Shown piece after piece: positions 50,330 to 61,130 of a stretch of 64,000 nt of DNA. This DNA comes from an uncultured delta proteobacterium. Its GTDB lineage: Bacteria; Desulfobacterota; Binatia; UBA9968. The notes under the pieces were generated by a model. That model saw only the letters and a list, made by a program, of their open reading frames with translations. It had not been told where the DNA came from and did no database searches. The first letter of the stretch is position 1. Each line of letters begins with the position of its first letter. Location: the NCBI GenBank assembly GCA_963745835.1, contig CAVUZH010000003.1, positions 1,088,001-1,152,000 of the forward strand, written 5' to 3'. The translations under genes and the position numbers were made by a program.

Positions 50330-50515
50330 CTACTTCTTAGGTAGGTTGCAAGGGGACAGTGCTTTTCCTCGGATCAGTAACCACGCCAAGCGATGATGGC
50401 ATTCGAAGCAGTGACCGAATATGGCCCGAAGCCCGGTATTGCGTTCGGGCGCGCGCAGAACAATTCCAAGATAGCCGTTACATCGCGGACAAACGCGGGC
50501 TAGGTACTTTCCCAT
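50330..50515 (-). CDS. Small CPxC...CxxC (zinc-ribbon-like) protein, copy B
   Basis: MGKYLARVCPRCNGYLGIVL...GHCFEC..RLAW; 33 of 51 residues identical to copy C by hand alignment. Confidence 0.75.
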   Translation of the reverse strand: MGKYLARVCPRCNGYLGIVLRAPERNTGLRAIFGHCFECHHRLAWLLIRGKALSPCNLPKK

Positions 50516-51679
50516 AGTCTACTGCCCCTTTCAGTCGGTATTCTTTTGGTGCGGTAACTGCTGCCCTCATCATTTCATCAAGCCCGTCATTAAGTGTCAT
50601 AGCCGGAGTCCAACGCGATTCGAGATCTTCAGAGGAGAGAGAGCGGGTATCGCCAGAATTGGAGACTTTCGTTTGCGAGAGGCGCAAAGCGCTGTCGTCG
50701 ATCGGCTGTCTATCACCGGCATCATCATATCCAGCAGGATCAAGCTGGACTTCTCTAAACGAATGTAGCTGTTCAGCTCTACTAGGAGGGCTGCTAGACT
50801 GCCATATCCAGGTTTGTCCTTTGGCTTAAAACTTCATTCATGCGCTGCAATCTCATTGCGATCAAGTACTAAACAGTAGCGCCGGGAACGAAGATCCATG
50901 GTGTAGTAGCAAGTTGCGCTTCTCCGCCCCGGCGACCGGCGGTTGAGCAATCGTTGTGCCCTCACTCTCATCGGACAGTCAATAACTTTGGGAGTTTCGG
51001 AACGAATATGAGAGCGTTTTCTCCGCAGAATCGCCGGCAGCTTTGCCTGTTAAATCAACATTACCTACTCATCGGGTTCGTTTGTCGGTGTTTCACCGGA
51101 CAAACTAAAGCAATTGGGGTGAACAACACTAAAGGGGCAAGCACTCTCGATGCTTCTGATCAAAACGCATTGGAAACAGAATGCGCTGAAAGTTCGAAGA
51201 TCAGCGCAATTACCACCTTGGAGGAATTTGCACGTCCATAACCATCAAGGAGCCGTTTTCACCATGAAGGCGGCATCTCCTAATCCATTATCGCTGGACG
51301 CACTGCCTCTTTCTACCACCGGTTGCGAGCGGCGTTTGTAGGGTTAGCGGTAGAGCGCTTGCGTGACGATTTTTGAGTCCTATTTTTTCTATTTTTTTGA
51401 CCGCTCTAATCTGTCGTGGATTCTTTGTGATTGTCTATTCCCACTCAGAATCGGCCATGGCGTTGCTGCTTCCCCCTTTCTTTTGTCAACTGGGCCAGTT
51501 CAAATCCTCAGATATCTCCAGAACTTTCGCGGCGGTGTTGGCTATCTGTCCGATTGCTAGCTCAGGTCCCACCACACGGGTTCGGTGAGAATTACGATAA
51601 ACGCGACAAGCAAATCAGAACGAACGAAGAGCGGCCGGGCGGTTTGGGCGTAATTACGGGCCATGAAAACTGCTAGAAG

Positions 51680-52039
51680 CTAGATGAGTCGCTCAATTTT
51701 TCTACGTAGTTGTCCCACAGTAAATGGCTTGACGATATAGTCGTTGCATCCGACCGTAATGCATCTCTGAAGGTCGGAAGGCCGAACTAAGACTGTTGCT
51801 GCAAGAACGGGAATATCCTTGGTTTGAGGATTGCCGCGCAGGATCCGAGTCGCCTCCCATCCAGAGATTTCCGGCATCATAATGTCCATCAGGATCAGAT
51901 CGGGTTTCTCAGCCAGAGCCTTCTCGACACCTTCCCTACCATTTCTTGAGGTGATTGCGGCGAAGCCCATGAGATCAAGTATCCTTACGAGAATTTCGCG
52001 CATGTCCGCGTGATTTTCGATGATTAAGATTTTCATCAT
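51680..52039 (-). CDS. Single-domain response regulator (CheY/DivK-like)
   Basis: KILIIEN, PDLILMDIMMP..SG.EATR, IPVLAAT, GCNDYIVKPF. Confidence 0.9.
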   Translation of the reverse strand: MMKILIIENHADMREILVRILDLMGFAAITSRNGREGVEKALAEKPDLILMDIMMPEISGWEATRILRGNPQTKDIPVLAATVLVRPSDLQRCITVGCNDYIVKPFTVGQLRRKIERLI

Positions 52040-52468
52040 CGTATTTAGACAAGATAATGGTCAGGTGCATGTTGCATATGTTCAACGTATACACTGCATA
52101 CTTTGTCCTGCCTTTCGGAGTCAGTTATCAGTAACCTTCCTGAACAGTCCATGATCGTCCCGATCTCCCATACCTCAAGCGAAGGGATCCAGTCACTCCC
52201 CAAATCATAGAACGCGATCTTGCTGCCTCGGATTCGAGTGATTTCTCAGCCTGATGTTTTTTGAACGTTAGCGCAAAGCGAGATCCAGTGAGGCTGCGTT
52301 CGTCAGCATCGTTCCAAAACCTTTGCAATCGTTGATTTAATGTTCATCATTAAATGCCGGCCGCGCGGCAAACCGTCAGTCAGATTGCCTTCAGGCAGTT
52401 CATACCTGCAATTTTGTCGCGTATCCCTACCACGTTTTCGTAGAGTAGCCAAATCAATACATCGTCAC

Positions 52469-52811
52469 TGATGTTTTTCCTTATCCGCTTCAGTCCGTTC
52501 TTACCGATAACGGGTCTGAGTTTATGAAGCACTTCGATGAGGAGATCAGACGCTTGCACAAAACTCACTGGCATACCTACCCCAGAACTCCCAAGATGAA
52601 CGCCCACGTCGAACGTTTTAACCGCACCATCAGGAGTTCATTGATTACCATCAGGAGCTGCTGATCACTCCCAATGAGTTCAATCGCCAACTGATCCCGT
52701 GGCTCATCTGCTACAACGCTGAACGACCTCATGGGTTGCTAGAGCTTAAATCTCCGTCCAATTCCTGTTGAAAGAAATCCCTCTTTGTGCAAAACATAGT
52801 GGCCCAATACA
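52469..52811 (+). mobile_element. IS481-family transposase remnant (3' part, frameshifted) with probable right end
   Basis: Manual translation VFPYPLQSVLTDNGSEF...HTYPRTPKMNAHVERFNRTI / EFIDYH...YNAERPH..L.LKSP; ends ...CCAATACA. Confidence 0.8.
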
Positions 52812-53056
52812 TTACACTTGCCACCCGAGGCACACGGTGCCGAGTAATCCGTTCATGCTCGCACGGACGCCATAAGACGTCATGAGTCACCAGAACGGAA
52901 GCTGTAAAAAGGATCTAAGACCTCAATTTCGATCATCGAAATCGCACGAATTCACGGCGCAACGGAAAGCAGATCAAATCTTTTCGGCAGGCGTTCTGGG
53001 CTGAGGGCGAAAGTTAGCCTTGTTCATCTTGTCGTATGGTTGAACATGAGGCAACC

Positions 53057-53254
53057 CAGAAAGAGAAATACGGGGGCATTGTTCCCCATGGTAGAAGGCA
53101 GTCAGCCATTCGGAAGTTTGCAAGGCTGGGATTGGACAGTTCCAGGCACGGCAACATCTGGGCACCGCACCAACGCAGTATGTAAGCGTACAACATCATT
53201 GATGAGGAAATGCAGCTTCAGAGCCTGAAGCGTGTCCACGAGCACCAGAAGTAG
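53057..53254 (+). pseudogene. Tyrosine recombinase (integrase) C-terminal remnant
   Basis: Across frameshifts: KYGGIVPHGRRQSAIR / KAGIG / SGHRTNAVCKR / YNIIDEE, matching the HxxRR.A.RN...SGH.T..VF.RYNI pattern. Confidence 0.7.
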
Positions 53255-53423
53255 GAAAAGGAGCAGCGGAATTGGTCCCAATAAGCCGAGGCAGGTGAAC
53301 TCGGACAAAGTTCGGACAAAAAGGAAGAAAATAGGGTAAAGTGAAGGTGATCTATGTCGGACAGGCTGTTAACTCGTGATCGAGAAAAACGTGGTAACTC
53401 TTTGCTGGATCAGAGAAAGTATC

Positions 53424-53482
53424 TGGCGGAGAGGGTGGGATTTGAACCCACGTTACCCTTTCGGGTAAACTTGATTTCGAGT
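53424..53482 (-). other. 3' fragment of tRNA-Ser(CGA); probable att site
   Basis: Minus strand ACTCGAAATCAAG-TTTACCCGAAAGGGTAAC-GTGGGTTCAAATCCCAC-CCTCTCCGCCA. Anticodon loop through CCA present; 5' acceptor strand and D arm absent. Confidence 0.85.
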
Positions 53483-54387
53483 ATTCCCGCTACCCCTCAC
53501 TACAGCCAACATCATACAGTTTCCTACAGTAGAAACGACTCTTCCCTTCTCCGTTGGTTGTAAGTTTCCGTTCTCCACTGCTCATCCTTCTATCACAATT
53601 CTAGCACAGTCATTCCGCTGAATGCGCCGGTCTTTCGCGTTCGCGATTTAGCCATTGATTTGGCTTATCACCTGCTCGTCATCGCAGTCGGCAGGCGAAG
53701 CCAGCAATACGCATCGAGTCCCTTCGTTGGATTCTGAATCGACATCCGCTGCCGGAGGTCATCAGGCAGAGGCTCTACTACATGCGTTATCCGGGAGTCG
53801 CCATGTACTGAACGGCGCCCTCTGATTGCGAAGGCAAATGAAGATTCAACTTGACCACGTAGGTTCGCTGCCGGGTACTCAAAGGTCCAAGACGCTCCCG
53901 AGTACTCGTTCCAGAACTTCAAGCGACTAAGTCAGCAAACAAGGCGCCCGTACCTCATCTTTGGGCAGACACTATCCAATGAGTAAGCGTTATGTTGGAT
54001 CATCGCTTCATTTCATTGCACGAACGCGTGACGCGAACGACGATCAAAAATCGCAAGGCGTGCGAAACGTTGCTTAACCGAAAAAGACAGCTGCGTCGTG
54101 AATATCGACCCTGCGCTCGCAGTTAGTAGCAAGCAGCGCTCGTTAGACTCACCCCAGTTTCAAATTGAAAGCGCAGCCCCGGAGCTCCCTACGTCCGGAA
54201 CTCCGGGATTGCCGAGCGATGTTGGCGAGATTCTTTTGCTTGACAGCCTTTGCCAGTTACTCTGAAAAGATGCTGGGCGGGATCTGATTTGAGTTCACGT
54301 TGAGCAATATCTTCCCAGTCAACCTGAATATCTGAGCCAAGCATATCTCACTTCCATTTTGAACCCGAGGTCTGAGGTCGCCGAAGG

Positions 54388-55371
54388 TCAATGTACGTAG
54401 TTAGCGTCTCCGCGGTCACTAGCTACGTGACCACCGCCGGACGTGCTAATTTCCTTGCGTCGGGGACGAAGTGCGTTAATGATCGATGGCGCTGCCGAAA
54501 GAACAACCGGAATCAGTGCACCTAAGAACTTCTGTGTTTCCTCTTCAGTGACACCCGTCCCGGATGTCATCATTGTCGCGTCGAACTCGTTCATAACGTT
54601 AGCCATTTTTTGATCCTCCATATTTATAAAGCTACGACTTTTCAAACTTCCGGGGGTTTCTCTTTCTAAAAGCAATGGCGTTTGCTGAAATCCCAGCTTT
54701 TTCAGGCTTTCTGCTGTCGCCTTGAAAACTTGGGCTGCTGAAGCGCTATTGCCCAAACCGATGATGGCGTTCCGCATGGAGTGAGTGAAAGCAGACATAC
54801 CTTCAGTGCGCGACGTACTCGCGGACGCTGTTTCGGTCTCAAGGCATGCTGAGACGAGCAGGCCTTGTAACTCCGGCTGCAGGTTTTCACTCGAATCCGA
54901 TAATGCTTTGTTGGTCGCTTTGAATTCGGCAGTCAAATCTGGCGAAAAAGCTTTTACAATGGCGCGCGGCGATGACAGCGGCATACAGCCAAACCGGTGA
55001 TAACGAGCAATCTTCATCGGCTTGGACGCTCCGGAGACGGCTGATTCCAACGCGAAAGCTTTCACGACTTCCTCCTGGGGCGGCTGCCACACTTTTACCT
55101 GCGCGACTTCAATATCATCTGTGTCCAACGCAAGTATTGCTTTGAAAAGCCCTCCTGAAAAGCAAGCGTCGAGGATAACTGTCAAGATTCCTGGTGGCAC
55201 TCTCTGCGTTCGCGCTGTCAGCTTGTTATCTTCAAATAGCGCGGGCTTTCCACCATCCAACAAAACCAAATATTCCTCCATTACCTCGTTCGTTAGTTTG
55301 GTATAGCCGTGCCCGGAGAAATAAAAGACAAGCCGATCCTCATCTGTGGCATCCTTGTCAGTCTTTGTCAG
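54388..55371 (-). pseudogene. Caspase-family (peptidase C14/metacaspase) gene, 5'-truncated
   Basis: Open frame from 55371 (preceded by TAG): DRLVFYFSGHG (His), VILDACFSGG (Cys), VSAC...ETA, SAFT, QQTP. First ATG lies downstream of the His. Confidence 0.8.
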
Positions 55372-55451
55372 CTATCGTCAACCGAGCATCCAATTAGCGA
55401 CAGCTGCTTTACTTCTAATAGACTCCGACTGCTGTTGCTCCTGAGGAGTCA

Positions 55452-56456
55452 ATGACTTTGCATCAATTCACAATTTTTGTGGCCATCGCGAAACATGGAA
55501 ACATAACCAAAGCCTCTCAAGAGCTTCACATCAGTCAGCCTGCCGTTTCAAAGCAAATGCGGCTGTTACAGGAACAATACGGGGCTAAGCTCTTCCTTCG
55601 ATGCGGACGAGGCGTAGCGTTGACGCTTGCAGGTGAGCGTTTCCGCACAGCTGTTTCTCCTATCCTAAAGCAAGTAAGAATCCTGCATCAGGGCTCCGCA
55701 GATTCAGTATTTAAAATGGAACCTGACCGACTCGCCGTTGGCGGTACCTACTCTCCCTCGGCAATTTTGCTTCCAAGGCTATTGAGTCGTTTTAGAAAGA
55801 GTCATCCTGATACCGAGATAGAATTTAGAACCAGCGACGCTCTAATGCTCGAACGATTGCTGCTTAAGCAAAGCATTGAGCTTGCTGTCACGACGCACGT
55901 ACCTAAATCCAGCCAACTCGTCGTGCAACCCTTTAGACGCGAAAAGCTAGCACTTCTAGTTTCTTGCCGGCATCCGCTTGCTTACCTCAAGGAGGTCAGC
56001 GTGCGCCATCTCGCAAGAACGCCTATCATCGTCCGTTCGTCAGGAGGACGCGATGGCAACACTGTCAAAAAATTAAAAGCTTTCGCTGAAGAAAAAGGCG
56101 TGACGATCAATGTAGGTATGCGCTTCGAGTCGCCTAGCGCATTAAAAGCAGCGATATTGAAGAACATGGGAATCGGCGTGCTTTACGAAGACGTCGTAAA
56201 ATACAACATTCAACGGGGTGAGTTTAAGGCGATTAAGGTGAAAGATTTGAAGCTCGAAAATCAGAGTTACATCGTTTACCTCCAAGGCAGAACGCTTTCC
56301 ACACCAGCAGCCGAGTTCCTGCGGCTACTGATAAGCTCTCAAGCAGCTGTACCCAAAAATCACGACACATCCGGATGTGAGATGGATGATCCGAACGGTT
56401 ATAACCGTCGCCCTCAGGGAGCTGCTGAACCGAGCGGGCGGACAGCGGTTCGATAA
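55452..56456 (+). CDS. LysR family transcriptional regulator
   Basis: MTLHQF..F, NITKASQELHISQPAVSKQMRLLQ, LF.R.GRGV.LT.AG. Confidence 0.93.
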   Translation: MTLHQFTIFVAIAKHGNITKASQELHISQPAVSKQMRLLQEQYGAKLFLRCGRGVALTLAGERFRTAVSPILKQVRILHQGSADSVFKMEPDRLAVGGTYSPSAILLPRLLSRFRKSHPDTEIEFRTSDALMLERLLLKQSIELAVTTHVPKSSQLVVQPFRREKLALLVSCRHPLAYLKEVSVRHLARTPIIVRSSGGRDGNTVKKLKAFAEEKGVTINVGMRFESPSALKAAILKNMGIGVLYEDVVKYNIQRGEFKAIKVKDLKLENQSYIVYLQGRTLSTPAAEFLRLLISSQAAVPKNHDTSGCEMDDPNGYNRRPQGAAEPSGRTAVR

Positions 56457-56519
56457 GCTTGAGCCGCTCCCATGAAACGGTCGACTTGTTTGCGGTGCCT
56501 TGGCCCAACCTCAACAGCT

Positions 56520-56650
56520 TAGTGTCGGCACAATGGTATACTTCCTCGACCTCACTCCGGAGCAAGAAGCGCAAAAGATCGAAGTGGTGAACAGCTAACT
56601 CAAACAGCACTCCACCTCGCCGCGCGCGATATTGCCGCCATGAGAATTTG
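56520..56650 (-). pseudogene. Fragment of a Gfo/Idh/MocA oxidoreductase
   Basis: WR......GGVLFELAVHHFDLLRFLL..EVEEVY motif only; no NAD-binding N-terminus. Confidence 0.6.
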
Positions 56651-57060
56651 AAGCGATGAAGATGACCATTTCGGCTGGAATGCACCTGAAGGACCGACAA
56701 ACGTAAGCATCACACCGAGGATAATCAGCGGTAAAAGTCGATTTCAGCTTGATCGCAGGTCAAGTGCGCTCATTTAACTGCATGTCATTACGGCTTTTTT
56801 CAGTGGTTGTGCTCGTTTTGTGCATTCGGGGAAAAAGCGGAATGGGGTCCTGATTACGCTTAGATTCGAAATTTGCGGCACAGAAGTCTAAAGACCTTTC
56901 GACTTCTTACACAGCCTGTTTCGAATTTGTTTCCACAGTAGTACGTTCGGACGCTTGATTACCGCGGCTTGATGCGGGGCTTCAGCCAATACAAGCGTCG
57001 CTTTCTGGTGAAGGCAAGACTATGGTGACTTCATAAGGTAAAATTGAAACTGAGGCCACA

Positions 57061-59051
57061 ATGACCATTGACTCTCTACTGGGCGAATTAAATGCAAGCC
57101 AAAGGGTAGCTACATGCCTGCCCCGCCAGCATGCTCTAGTCCTAGCCGGCGCAGGATCAGGAAAGACCAAAACTATAGTGGCACGGGCCGCTTATTTGAT
57201 ATCAACCGGTACTCCGGCTACGAGAATCCAAATCATGGCGTTTACAAGGCGAGCTGCCACCGAAATCGTCGAGAGAGTCAAGATGCACTTGGGAGACGCA
57301 GCAAGAGGCTTGAATGCGTCAACATTCCACGCTTGGTGCATGCATCTTATCCATCGCGCTCCGCAGACCTTCGGTTGCAAAGGTTACACGGTGATTGACG
57401 AAGATGACCAGTTACAGTTGTTCAAAAGGGACGGGGAGCCAGACAGTTAAACGAGTTGCCGGAGTCAAGAAAGATCCGTGACCTATATTCTCTGGCGCGA
57501 AACACGTTAAAAAGCCTCGATCCCACTCTTCAGGAACACGCAGCCGAACTCTATGAGCACAAGAAAGCTATTGCCGAGGTGATGCTCGGCTATGAGGCCA
57601 AAAAACGAGAGCGCAGATACCTAGATTACGACGATATTCTTGATGTAGTCGCGCAGAGAATAGAAGATTCCACTGAAGCTCGTGGATGGGTCGCCAGCCT
57701 TTATGACCATCTGCTTATCGATGAGATGCAGGATACCAACCCACTTCAATGGAAGTTGATCGAACCCTTGCGGGAGCATGTCACACTCTACTGTGTCGGG
57801 GACGATGCACAATCGATCTATGGGTTTAGAGGTGCCGATTTCCGCAACGTGCATCAGTTTTCTGACCGGGTACAAGGGGCTGTAACATTGAGATTAGAAG
57901 ACAACTATAGATCAACACAGGAAATCCTCGACATACCCAACTGGCTCCTCGAGAAAAGCCCGCTGAAATACGACAAACACCTGAAAGCTGTGCGCGGCAA
58001 AGGACGCAAACCGTGTCTCCACACGTTTTCAAACGAATGGGAGGAGGCTAATTGGGTGACCGGGGATATACGAAGCAGGCATGGCCAAGGCGCTGAGTGG
58101 CGAAATCATATGATTTTAGTCCGCTCTAGTTACGCTGCACGTGCCTTACAGGCTTCTCTGTTGGCGAAGAATATACCATACATCTTTATTGGCGGAGTTC
58201 GGTTGCTCGAGTCCGCCCATGTTCGTGATCTTCTATCTGTCTTGAGACTGGTGGCTAACCCTAAGGATGAAATCGGCTGGATGAGATATTTGACGCTGTG
58301 GAACGGCATCGGTGATGTAACGGCAAGCCACCTGATTGAACAGGTCTTGTCTAAACAAGATCTCGACGATTGCCTAAAGGTAATCTCTAAAGAACCGAAG
58401 GTACCTAAGAGAGCCATAAAAACAGTTGCACTTGTGCGAGATTTTCAAAATGACGTGGGAAAAGCAGTATCCAAGGCTTTTGAAGCAATGGAAGAGTTAC
58501 TCGCAGACAAGTACAAAACCCAGGAATGGGAGAAAAGGCGCGGCGATTTCGCTTTGATTGAGAAACTAGCGAAAAGGCACTCGGCCATTTTGGAGTTCAT
58601 CGAAGAATATGTGCTTGAACCGGTTTACGAAACCCAAAGATCTCCTGCAGACGATCAGGATCGGGTTATCATTATTACTATCCATTCTGCCAAGGGCACT
58701 GAACGGGAAATTTGCTATATCCTAAACGTCTCGCCACAGGCATATCCTTCGAGTTACGCTATTGGCCACTTTGACCGAACGGAAGAAGAGCGACGGGTTT
58801 TGTATGTTGCTCTTACCAGGGCAAAGGATGAATTGATTATAACGCGACATGCCCCTAGAGGGGTCGAAGGCTATGCGTTGTGGGCGCATTCAAATCAGTC
58901 GCCCGAAGACAATGCCATCGAAACGTATTTCTTCAACTCACTTCCCGAAAGTTTGTTGGAGGAGCATCTTCATTATGAACCACCGCTGCCCCGGCCATCC
59001 GGCGCAGGTAAAGCAGGAGGAGGCTTACGTGTCGGTATAAGGATAGATTAA
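57061..59051 (+). pseudogene. UvrD/Rep/PcrA-family helicase split by one frameshift (~57427)
   Basis: LNASQ, LAGAGSGKT, AFTRRAA.E, TFHAW in ORF1; LIDEMQDTN, VGDDAQSIYGFRGA, NYRST, TIHSAKG.E, EERRVLYVALTRAK in ORF2. Confidence 0.9.
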
Positions 59052-59361
59052 CATACAATCCTATGAGATTGGCTATAAAGAGCTCTTGAATGCCATTCAA
59101 AAGTCGATCGTAACTAGAACCTAAACGCGCCGTCAAAGGCCGACTATTTCGAAGCCCGCGTGCTTTTTCTTCGACAACCGGAAGATGTATATTCTGCCCA
59201 CGTTCAGGCACAAACAAGCACAGCCGAGGACTCAAGGTCCTAATGGATCGGCTCTCAACCTTGCAGGCGGCCTTTGCCGATATTAATATCGCGAAAGACA
59301 GGTCCGTATTATTTTTAGTTAGGCGCCAGAATTCATTTCAACGCGGCAAAGGATCGACCAC

Positions 59362-59628
59362 GTGCGCACAATGTTGTTTCTCGCTTCCGGTTTGCTGCTG
59401 ATGGCTTCAGCTCTCATAGCGGGAAAGCTGTTTTTCGAGCACTTCCCGTCGGCGCCTAATTGGGCGCTAGCGGCTTCGCTGGCTTTGTGGCTGGCGATTA
59501 CTAGCGCGAACATGTGGATTGGTGTATCGAAAGTCGGCTACTCGGTCGCCGAGGAGCTGCCGATACTGGTGCTGCTATTTGCAGTGCCCGCGGCGGCGGC
59601 GGTGTTGGTGCGCTGGCGGTTCTTTTAG
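59362..59628 (+). CDS. Small membrane protein (3 TM), cassette-borne
   Basis: Three hydrophobic segments; ANMWIGVSKVGYSVAEELPI. Confidence 0.75.
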   Translation: MRTMLFLASGLLLMASALIAGKLFFEHFPSAPNWALAASLALWLAITSANMWIGVSKVGYSVAEELPILVLLFAVPAAAAVLVRWRFF

Positions 59629-59644
59629 GCGACCGGGACCGGAA

Positions 59645-60229
59645 GTGGGCAAGAACAGGCTCGAGGCGTTTAGCGATGGGGTCCTGGCGATCATCATCAC
59701 GATCATGGTGCTCGAGATGAAGGTCCCGCACGGCGACAACCTGAAAACGCTCGCGCCGCTTGTCCCGGTGTTCATGAGCTACGTGTTGAGCTTCGTGTAC
59801 CTTGGCATCTACTGGAACAATCATCACCACATGCTTCACACGTGCATCCGGGTCACCGGAGGCATTCTCTGGGCCAACCTGCATCTGCTTTTCTGGCTGT
59901 CGCTGTTTCCGTTTGTCACTGGCTGGATGGGCGAGAATCACTTCGCCGCGTTACCTACGGCACTCTACGGCGGGGTACTCCTGGCGGCGGCCGTTGCCTA
60001 CTGGATACTTCAGCAGACGATTATTGCAGTGCAGGGACCGGGTTCACAGCTGAAAACGGCAATTGGTAACGACTGGAAAGGCAAACTTTCGCCTGTGCTG
60101 TACGCGCTGGGAGTCGTTTCCACGCTTCAGTGGCCGTGGGTCGCGCAGGCCCTGTATGTAGCTGTCGCACTTCTTTGGTTGGTGCCTGACCGCAGAATCG
60201 AAAGGTCACTACGCCCCGATGGCGCCTAA
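59645..60229 (+). CDS. TMEM175 family (DUF1211) potassium-channel-like protein
   Basis: RLEAFSDGVLAIIITIMVLE, SYVLSF..LGIYWNNHH, WLSLFPF.T; GTG start at 59645. Confidence 0.92.
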   Translation: MGKNRLEAFSDGVLAIIITIMVLEMKVPHGDNLKTLAPLVPVFMSYVLSFVYLGIYWNNHHHMLHTCIRVTGGILWANLHLLFWLSLFPFVTGWMGENHFAALPTALYGGVLLAAAVAYWILQQTIIAVQGPGSQLKTAIGNDWKGKLSPVLYALGVVSTLQWPWVAQALYVAVALLWLVPDRRIERSLRPDGA

Positions 60230-60287
60230 CAGCCGCATGCAGCGGACGCGCAAGAACCCGCGCGCGGCTGATGCCGGACGGTTAGAC
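60224..60287 (+). other. attC recombination site (64 bp)
   Basis: R'' GCCTAAC, L'' GCATGCAGC, L' GCTGATGC (pairs with one extra G), R' GTTAGAC. Confidence 0.85.
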
Positions 60288-60317
60288 ACATCTGTTGTTG
60301 CCGCGAAAGGAGCACCC

Positions 60318-60500
60318 ATGAAACCTTATTTCTTGATGATGGCGCGTTACAACGCTTGGGCAAACCTCAGGCTCTACAAGATGGCTGGCGCTCTTCCAGA
60401 AGAGTTGTATAGGCGTGAAGTAGGCGTGTACTTCAAGAGTCTGCACGGAACTTTGAATCATTCGAGTGCCGGAGGTGACCATTCGGTGTCCACTCCGTGA
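60318..60500 (+). pseudogene. DinB family protein, 3'-truncated (next cassette)
   Basis: RBS AAGGAG; MARYNAWAN.RLY...YFKSLHGTLNH, then similarity stops. Confidence 0.8.
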
Positions 60501-60672
60501 AGGCCACGTGTCAGTTGCAGATGCTTCAACTTTGCCCACACTCACGCAGCAAGCGAGGGACGAACCCGTTCCTCACCTTACTGGCAAACATCAGCTTGTC
60601 GCCTTCGTAGTAGCCCACGATCAACGCATCGAGCGGGTTGTCTGGCGTGTGGCCACCGATAACGAACGTCTG
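60500..60672 (-). pseudogene. ATP-dependent DNA ligase (LigD-type) OB-domain remnant
   Basis: Manual translation QTFVIGGHTPDNPLDALIVGYYEGDKLMFASKVRNGFVPRL. Confidence 0.78.
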
Positions 60673-60755
60673 TGATTAATAGAAGTTGTTTCAACCCCCC
60701 ACAACCTCGCATGCCGGATCGGTAACGGGAGTTTCTTAACCAGCATTATGCACCC

Positions 60756-61130
60756 CTACGTACTGGATTTGGATTCCAGAGTCCGCTTCACAGCCGTTAG
60801 TAAATCATCCAGGTCTATCGGCTTGGTCATTATCCGAGCCGCCCTACCGTCTAGGATCATCTCCCCTGCATGAGCGGACAGATAGCCTGTGATTAAAATG
60901 ACAGGTAGCTGTAGCCATTTCCCGCGCACCAATTCAATAAGCCGAAGTCCATCCACGTGCGGCATAACGAAGTCGGTGATCACAAGATCAAAACTCTCGG
61001 ACGTAATTTTCTCAAGCGCCTCCGCGCCGTTGGCTGCGTCACGTATGATATAGCCTTCGCTGCCCAGGAACTTACATAGGTTATTGCGGCTTAGAAACTC
61101 ATCCTCGACAACGAGAATTTTTTGCGCCAC
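60756..61130 (-). CDS. Single-domain response regulator
   Basis: KILVVEDE, FDLVITDFVMP..DG, PVILITGY, KPID; GTG start after GGAGGAG. Confidence 0.9.
   Translation of the reverse strand: MAQKILVVEDEFLSRNNLCKFLGSEGYIIRDAANGAEALEKITSESFDLVITDFVMPHVDGLRLIELVRGKWLQLPVILITGYLSAHAGEMILDGRAARIMTKPIDLDDLLTAVKRTLESKSST

Larger units (their letters stand above)
59319..60281 (+). mobile_element. Integron gene cassette carrying two ORFs
   Basis: Core site G/TTAGGC at 59318 is the exact reverse complement of inverse core GCCTAAC at 60224, which overlaps the stop codon of the last gene. Confidence 0.8.

Noticed and set aside
51060-51290. Possible fourth degenerate zinc-ribbon copy (minus strand LRTFSAFCFQC)
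   Set aside because: Only the second CxxC resembles the family; no CPxC, start codon or conserved Trp. Could be chance.
53424-53510. Second complete tRNA-Ser
   Set aside because: Sequence 5' of the anticodon loop cannot form the anticodon stem, D arm or acceptor stem; it is a 3' fragment only.
57061-59051. Gabija or another named defence system
   Set aside because: No partner nuclease gene is adjacent.
59052-59317. Integron integrase upstream of the cassette
   Set aside because: The gap is only ~265 bp and shows no IntI-like translation on either strand.
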